A stretch of DNA of 64,000 bases from Elusimicrobiota bacterium (GTDB lineage Bacteria > Elusimicrobiota > Elusimicrobia > FEN-1173): assembly GCA_016788905.1 (NCBI GenBank), contig JAEURZ010000014.1:14707-78706 (forward strand), given 5' to 3'. This document shows, in pieces, positions 58,932 through 64,000 of the stretch. The number at the start of each line of letters is the position of its first letter. Position 1 is the first letter of the stretch. The notes under the pieces were generated by a model. That model was not told where the DNA came from. It searched no databases and worked only from the letters and a program-made list of their open reading frames with translations. Position numbers and translations under genes: made by a program.

Positions 58932-59661
58932 GCCCCTGCATTAAAAACCGAAATAATCCGTACAAGAGTTGGATGTCTTGGCGGTGAATCCTCCAGCGCT
59001 GAAAGAGACGCCGCACTTTTCTTTCTTGAGCGGCCCTGGGAAGGAATGGCAAATACTCGGCGGCTTCGAAAAGGTTCATGGTTTGCCGCACCAACCGATT
59101 GAGATCATCTGTTGTTGCCAGGGGAGCCAGCCCTGGCAAGGGGCGACGAGGAAGGGCTTCCAGAACGCGGGCCCACTCGTATGCACACAGGGCCACGGAT
59201 TGTCCCATATTCATTGAAGGGCATCCTGGATCTGTTGGAATGGTGAGCCAGATATGACACCGGTCCAAGTGCGTGCTAGAAAGACCTGTCTTTTCCGATC
59301 CAAAGAGAATGGCGGCCTGGAACGTTCCTCTGTCTTTCGTTAGAAAGGGGGACGGAGCCACTTGTTTCAAATAATCCCCCAGGTTCGGCAAGGAAACAAC
59401 GGGCCGTTCCGGACGGCGATTGCGAAGGGCCGTGGTACCCAAAACCAATTGGCAGTCTCCGATGGCCTCATCCAAGGAAGAAAGCGAACGGGCGTCCCTC
59501 ACCAATTGTTCCGCTCCCACGGCGGAAGTCGTTTCCCGCCAAACGGGCGCGAAAGGTTTGACCACCACCAGATCGTTAAACCCAAAGTTGGCCATAGCCC
59601 GAGCCGCGGCGCCCATATTGAGTGGGTTACGGGGCCGAACAAGAACGAACCGAAGTTTCAT
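58903..59661 (-). CDS. SpoU/TrmH-family RNA 2'-O-methyltransferase (TrmJ-like); start at internal Met MKLRFVLV
   Basis: VLVRPRNPLNMGAAARAMANFG and AILFGSEKTGLS SPOUT motifs; ORF part upstream of 59661 overlaps the next gene. Confidence 0.65.
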   Translation of the reverse strand: MKLRFVLVRPRNPLNMGAAARAMANFGFNDLVVVKPFAPVWRETTSAVGAEQLVRDARSLSSLDEAIGDCQLVLGTTALRNRRPERPVVSLPNLGDYLKQVAPSPFLTKDRGTFQAAILFGSEKTGLSSTHLDRCHIWLTIPTDPGCPSMNMGQSVALCAYEWARVLEALPRRPLPGLAPLATTDDLNRLVRQTMNLFEAAEYLPFLPRAAQERKVRRLFQRWRIHRQDIQLLYGLFRFLMQGLAGKRPRGG

Positions 59662-60578
59662 GGAACCGGAACCAAAGGAGGAACGGGGCGTGACGGGGCT
59701 CGCAGGATCCAAACCCCCGCGGCCATAATCAGCCCGATCCCCACCAGTGAAATAATGTCCGGCAGACGCCTCCAAAAAATCCAGTCGGCAACACCGGCGG
59801 TCGCCACCGCAATATACATGAGAGCGCCCACATCCCCAGGGGAAGAGAGCCGATATCCTTCCGTCATCAGAAGTTGTGCTACGGTGGCCACAATACCCAA
59901 AGCGCCCAGGGCCACCCACAGGCCCACAGAAGGAGGGGTCCAAGCCCCCGCTAAGGGCGGAGCCGTCAACCCCGTGGCCACAAGTCCAAAATAAAAAACG
60001 ATGCGGGTGGGCGGTTCCGTTGTGGTCAGATGACGAATGCCCACTTGGGCAATGGCCGCCAATAATCCCGCCGCCAAAGCAAAGAGCGCCACCGGCTGAA
60101 AAATCCCTAATCCGGGTTTGAGCAGAAGAAGAATGCCCGCAAACCCCAGCCCCAGTGCCACCCCAGCGTGACGTGGGATGGGTTCACCTAACCACCACCG
60201 GGCCAAAAAAGGCATGAAGAGTGGCGCCGTGTAAGCCAGCACGTAGGCATCGGCCAATCGCATATGTCCGATGGCGTAGAAGGACAAATACATGGCCCCT
60301 ATCCCCGCCAGGGCACGGGTAAAGTGGGCCCCAAACCTCTTCGTTCGAAGGGAGCCTTTCCCCTGAAGAAAGGGGACGAGAGCCACCAAACCTACGGCGT
60401 TACGAAAAAAAACAATCATAGGGCTTGGAATTGATTCGGATGTCCATTTGACCAATACACCCAGTAACCCAAAGAGGATCGCCGCTAAAGCCACCAGGAG
60501 GGCCCCACGGCGGGACGTAAGGATCAATCCTTGCTCCTTCCCGTGAAACAAAAAACGGAGGCGATCCATTCCACCCAC
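59658..60578 (-). CDS. DMT-superfamily (EamA-like) transporter, 10 TM
   Basis: Two EamA-like halves of hydrophobic helices; 306 aa. Confidence 0.65.
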   Translation of the reverse strand: MGGMDRLRFLFHGKEQGLILTSRRGALLVALAAILFGLLGVLVKWTSESIPSPMIVFFRNAVGLVALVPFLQGKGSLRTKRFGAHFTRALAGIGAMYLSFYAIGHMRLADAYVLAYTAPLFMPFLARWWLGEPIPRHAGVALGLGFAGILLLLKPGLGIFQPVALFALAAGLLAAIAQVGIRHLTTTEPPTRIVFYFGLVATGLTAPPLAGAWTPPSVGLWVALGALGIVATVAQLLMTEGYRLSSPGDVGALMYIAVATAGVADWIFWRRLPDIISLVGIGLIMAAGVWILRAPSRPVPPLVPVP

Positions 60579-60615
60579 GGTCGATGGGACCCCCGAGCTT
60601 TCCGGGAAACGCTTG

Positions 60616-61779
60616 TTACCACTTCAATCGGCCGATGCGTTCCAAAGCCACTTCTAGCCTTTCCTTTGGAACCGTCAGGGCAAACCGAACATAGCCTTCG
60701 CCGGAAGGGCCGAACCCATTCCCGGGCGTACACACGATATGCGCCTCTTGCAAAAGACGCTCTGCCGTTCGGGCGGAAGAATATCCCTCGGGAGTATGCG
60801 CCCATACGTAAAAAGTGGCGGGTGGATTTGTCACGCGCCATCCGAGGGCCCGAAGCCGAGGGATAAATAAGTCCCGACGTTCGCGGTACACTTTTCGCAT
60901 TTCGGCCACGTTGTCCTGGGAACCGGTCAGAGCGGCGACGGCGGCCTCTTGCACTGCCTGGAATACGCCCGAATCAAAATTGTCTTTGAGCCGCCCCAAA
61001 ATTCGAACGGCGGTGGCGTTCCCACACACCCACCCCACCCGCCAGCCCGTCATGTTGTACGTTTTTGAGCAGGAATGAAATTCAATCCCCACTTCTTTGG
61101 CCCCAGGGATTTGGAGGAACGAGAGAGGTGGTTCTTCGTAGTACATTTCAGAATAAGCCGCGTCATGGATCACAAGGAATCCATGCTCTTTCGCTAACCG
61201 AATGACTGATTCGTAGAAAGACCGGGGGGCCATCACGGAGAGAGGATTCGACGGGTAATTGAGATAGAAAAGTTTTGCCTTCGACAAAATGTCTTTAGGA
61301 ATGCTTTCCAAATCCGGCAGAAATCCTTTTTCCTCCAGAAGCGGGGTAAAATATGTTTGCCCTCCCGCCAAGAGGATGGACGCGTTGTAGGCCGGGTAAG
61401 CGGGTTCCGGCACAATGGCCGTGTCACCGGGATTCATGAAAGCCAATGGCAAGTGCGTCAATCCATCTTTTGAACCGATAAGGGAATACACTTCCGTCGC
61501 TGGGTCCAAATCCACTTGAAACCGGGTCTTGTACCAATGGGTCACGGCTTGGCGAAAACTGAGAAGCCCTGCGCCAAAGGGGTATTGGTGGTTGGCCGGT
61601 TTCGTCATGGCCGCTTGCCCCGCCGCAATGATGGGCGCAGGGGTGGGAAGGTCTGGGTCGCCCACCCCCAATGAAATAATGTCCGCCCCTTTGTCCATGG
61701 CGGCCTTCTTGGCCGCGTCAATGGCCGCAAACAGGTAGGGGGGCAAGAGCCCCAATCGATCCGATGCGTTAATGGTCAT
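60616..61779 (-). CDS. PLP-dependent class I aminotransferase (aspartate / LL-diaminopimelate aminotransferase-like)
   Basis: ISLGVGDPDLPTP, conserved NPTG-like region (NYPSNPLS) and PLP-lysine context (SCSKTYNMTGWRVG). Confidence 0.7.
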   Translation of the reverse strand: MTINASDRLGLLPPYLFAAIDAAKKAAMDKGADIISLGVGDPDLPTPAPIIAAGQAAMTKPANHQYPFGAGLLSFRQAVTHWYKTRFQVDLDPATEVYSLIGSKDGLTHLPLAFMNPGDTAIVPEPAYPAYNASILLAGGQTYFTPLLEEKGFLPDLESIPKDILSKAKLFYLNYPSNPLSVMAPRSFYESVIRLAKEHGFLVIHDAAYSEMYYEEPPLSFLQIPGAKEVGIEFHSCSKTYNMTGWRVGWVCGNATAVRILGRLKDNFDSGVFQAVQEAAVAALTGSQDNVAEMRKVYRERRDLFIPRLRALGWRVTNPPATFYVWAHTPEGYSSARTAERLLQEAHIVCTPGNGFGPSGEGYVRFALTVPKERLEVALERIGRLKW

Positions 61780-61789
61780 AAATTCTCCT

Positions 61790-63124
61790 TCAATGGGAAA
61801 TGGGTGGTGCCAATTCTTTGTGCGAGGGGCTGCTCTCCGGATCCGTCAAAAGATCGTCTAAGGGGCTGGACGGAGCGTTGGCCATGTCGCGCAGGACATG
61901 GGTGTAGATCATGGTTGTCTCAACGCTTTTGTGTCCCAAGAGTTCCTGAACTTCCCGGATATTAACCCCTTTCATCAACAGATGTGTGGCGAAACTGTGC
62001 CGAAGCGTATGGACCGTGGCGTGCTTGGTTAACCCCGCTTTAACAACCGCCCTCGCCATGGTTTGTTGAATGGCCGAATCGCTCAGATGGTGTCGCCGCA
62101 CTTTTCCGCTCCGGGGGTCCACAGACAGTCGGTCTGAGGGAAAGACATATTGCCATTTCCATTCTTTCCCTGCACGGGGATATTTGCGGTCAAGTCCCTC
62201 GGGGAGATACACGTCTCCAAACCCTTTAGCAAGATCTCCATCATGGAGACGTTTAACTTCAAGAAGATGATTTCGGAGCGGGTCTCTGACCGATTTCGGC
62301 AGCATGGTCGTTCGGTCTTTGTCCCCTTTCCCCCCACGGATATACAGTGTTCCCCGATCAAAATCCAAATCGTGAACGCGCAATCGGGCCAATTCCATGA
62401 GTCGCATCCCCGTCCCATAGAGCAGTTCAAGGATAAGCCGATTTTCCCCCGTCGTCGAGGCAAAAACCTCGCGAACCTCTCCCCGCGACAGAACCACTGG
62501 CAATCGAATGCCCCGTTTCGCGCGAACTGTTTTTCGAATGTCGTCCAAGGACCGCCCCAATACATCCCGAAAAAGGAAAAGCAGTCCATTAAACGCCTGG
62601 TTCTGAGTTGAAGCGGAAACACGATCAACCACCGCCAATCGAGTCAAGAAATCGCTCACGTCTTCCGAGGTCCATTCCGATGGCTCTGTTTTTCCACGCA
62701 CAGAAGAAATATATTTATGAAACCGAGTATACCAATCTAAATAGGAGCGTTCGGTACTGAAAGAGTAATGCTTTAAACGCATTCTTTCCTTTAATTTTTC
62801 CTCCACCGCACCCCCCGTCGCTGGAGCGACAGGGAGCGATTCTTCTTTTGTTCCAAAATAACGATTATACAGGCGGACGGCTGATTCCGCTTGGGCGATT
62901 TGCCAGGGTTGAAATTTTCCCTGAATGGATGTATGCTTTAAAAAGCGTTCCAGGCCAATTTCAAACGGCACTGCCCCGTCAGTGTTCTGGCCCAAAAAGG
63001 TCAAATAAGCCTGGGCCCACTGCGCGAGAAAAGGGATTTGTTTTTCAAGAGCAAGGTTACGCTGCCGCAGCAGGTTTTGGAATTCAGGCAAGCAAGCCTG
63101 ATTATATGAAGTAAGCATAACCAT
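61790..63124 (-). CDS. intI: Integron integrase IntI (tyrosine recombinase with IntI-specific insertion), 444 aa with N-terminal extension
   Basis: [16 protein letters not shown], the IntI-specific additional segment [20 protein letters not shown] (cf. IntI1 [20 protein letters not shown]), [29 protein letters not shown] with catalytic Tyr. Confidence 0.85.
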   Translation of the reverse strand: MVMLTSYNQACLPEFQNLLRQRNLALEKQIPFLAQWAQAYLTFLGQNTDGAVPFEIGLERFLKHTSIQGKFQPWQIAQAESAVRLYNRYFGTKEESLPVAPATGGAVEEKLKERMRLKHYSFSTERSYLDWYTRFHKYISSVRGKTEPSEWTSEDVSDFLTRLAVVDRVSASTQNQAFNGLLFLFRDVLGRSLDDIRKTVRAKRGIRLPVVLSRGEVREVFASTTGENRLILELLYGTGMRLMELARLRVHDLDFDRGTLYIRGGKGDKDRTTMLPKSVRDPLRNHLLEVKRLHDGDLAKGFGDVYLPEGLDRKYPRAGKEWKWQYVFPSDRLSVDPRSGKVRRHHLSDSAIQQTMARAVVKAGLTKHATVHTLRHSFATHLLMKGVNIREVQELLGHKSVETTMIYTHVLRDMANAPSSPLDDLLTDPESSPSHKELAPPISH

Positions 63125-63240
63125 GTAACAAGGGAATTTTACTTCGATTAATCATCTTGTATTTCATTTTATTCAAAATAGAAAAAGGCGTCAACGGGCC
63201 TTTCCCGAAGAAAGAAGAGTATAGATAATAATTGTTAGGC
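63125..63240 (+). other. Candidate attI site ending in the core GTTAGGC (63234-63240); AT-rich, divergent from intI
   Basis: GTTRRRY core site positioned 110 bp upstream of the intI start, followed immediately by an AT-rich ORF and an attC-like element. Confidence 0.5.
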
Positions 63241-63248
63241 GCTAAAGA

Positions 63249-63560
63249 ATGCGACTATTTAGACAACCGACAATAGATGATTTAAAAAATCGGGGATTTT
63301 TACTTTACACCAAATTTGGTCTTAACAAATCCCCCGCGGACAGTGTTCGGGAATCATTTCCTAGTGTAGAAGTTGAATTGAAAAACACGTGGATTACAGA
63401 TTTCAAAAAGATTGAAATAGAGCTGACACGTCATTATTCCCAGAGTTTGAATGACAATAAGGTCATTATGGATCAATTAAAATCGAGATTTCCTTTTTTA
63501 AATAGAAGGTCTTGTAAGCGGATAGAGTTTCTGTTGTGGTATTCGAGATTAAGAGGGTAA
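63249..63560 (+). CDS. First integron cassette ORF, 103 aa hypothetical protein (AT-rich, ~33% GC)
   Basis: Complete ORF between GTTAGGC (attI core) and GCCTAAC (attC inverse core); composition differs sharply from the ~60% GC host. Confidence 0.55.
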   Translation: MRLFRQPTIDDLKNRGFLLYTKFGLNKSPADSVRESFPSVEVELKNTWITDFKKIEIELTRHYSQSLNDNKVIMDQLKSRFPFLNRRSCKRIEFLLWYSRLRG

Positions 63561-63577
63561 TTTATAACAATAGGAGC

Positions 63578-63629
63578 GCCTAACAAGTCGCTGCAGCGGA
63601 CCAAGGAGTGGTCGCTTCGTGGGTTTAGT
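63578..63629 (+). other. attC-like site: inverse core GCCTAAC, palindromic CGCTGCAGCG / GCGGACC..GGTCGC stems, degenerate core GTTTAGT
   Basis: GCCTAAC at 63578-63584 is the exact complement of the attI GTTAGGC; imperfect inverted repeats follow; 3' boundary uncertain (GTTTAGT recurs at 63623, 63641, 63703). Confidence 0.4.
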
Positions 63630-63834
63630 TGTTTGAGTGAGTTTAGTCATCACCGCCATCGGCCGTAGGTTCCGCACTTTCCTTGGCCGCTGAGCTTGGT
63701 CCGTTTAGTCTGTAGAAAAACCCCTGCGAGCGCTTAGTTTCCCCTCCGTTTCATTTTTCTAGCGGTCCCCATCCAAAAGAGATAATCTTGAATTACCGTC
63801 GACGCTGACGACAATCCCCTTTCCGGAGGTCCCC

Positions 63835-64000
63835 ATGCCGCGGTATAAAGAAGCGAATTACGCGCAAGGGCAGTTTGTATCTATTCAGTTTGAACACCAA
63901 ATCCTACCTGGTAGTTTCGAGCATGCCCTCTCTTATATTGTTGACCACAAAATCAATATGACGGCGTTTCATAGGTTACGGAACAACGACGACGGAGGCG
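63835..64000 (+). mobile_element. 5' end of a transposase gene (IS5/IS1182-like N-terminal DUF772-type domain), truncated by the window end
   Basis: GGAGG RBS 6 nt upstream; MPRYKEANYAQGQFVSIQFEHQILPGSFEHALSYIVDHKINMTAFHRLRNNDDGG fits the Y.Q..LLP...D.LP..H.A..I...VD.LD...F...Y..D.GRP N-terminal transposase pattern. Confidence 0.45.

Overview
GC-rich (~60%) bacterial chromosomal segment with almost all genes on the minus strand. From left to right it holds:
- The 5' part of an rRNA operon: 23S (partial), tRNA-Ala, tRNA-Ile and 16S.
- rmlC, a PfkB-family sugar kinase, mltG and ruvX.
- A tightly coupled five-gene operon: an FN3 protein with a C-terminal sorting domain, a PorV/FadL-like outer-membrane beta-barrel, a TPR protein, a sensor histidine kinase, and a response-regulator receiver fused to a SAM methyltransferase. 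It sits directly downstream of a complete hoxEFUYH NAD-coupled [NiFe]-hydrogenase operon.
- A lipoprotein gene, ppsA and a Crp/Fnr regulator, then purEK on the plus strand.
- A long siroheme/heme biosynthesis operon (sirC, hemX-like, hemA, hemC, cobA-hemD, hemB, hemL) interrupted by an ORF6N-domain gene and by a DUF234 ATPase gene flanked by palindromic inverted repeats.
- A plus-strand Fic-MazG-HAD block, a lipB-like gene, a B12-radical-SAM gene and a truncated ATPase pseudogene bounded by a short dispersed repeat.
- A glycine-cleavage and lipoylation operon (gcvPB, gcvPA, gcvH, gcvT, lipA, lpd), then glmS-pdxJ-glmM, cdaA, panC-panB-folK and other housekeeping genes.
- At the right edge, an integron integrase with a candidate attI (ending in GTTAGGC), an AT-rich first cassette with an attC-like site, and the start of an IS-type transposase.
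All functional calls come from reading the translated ORFs for conserved motifs; no database search was possible.
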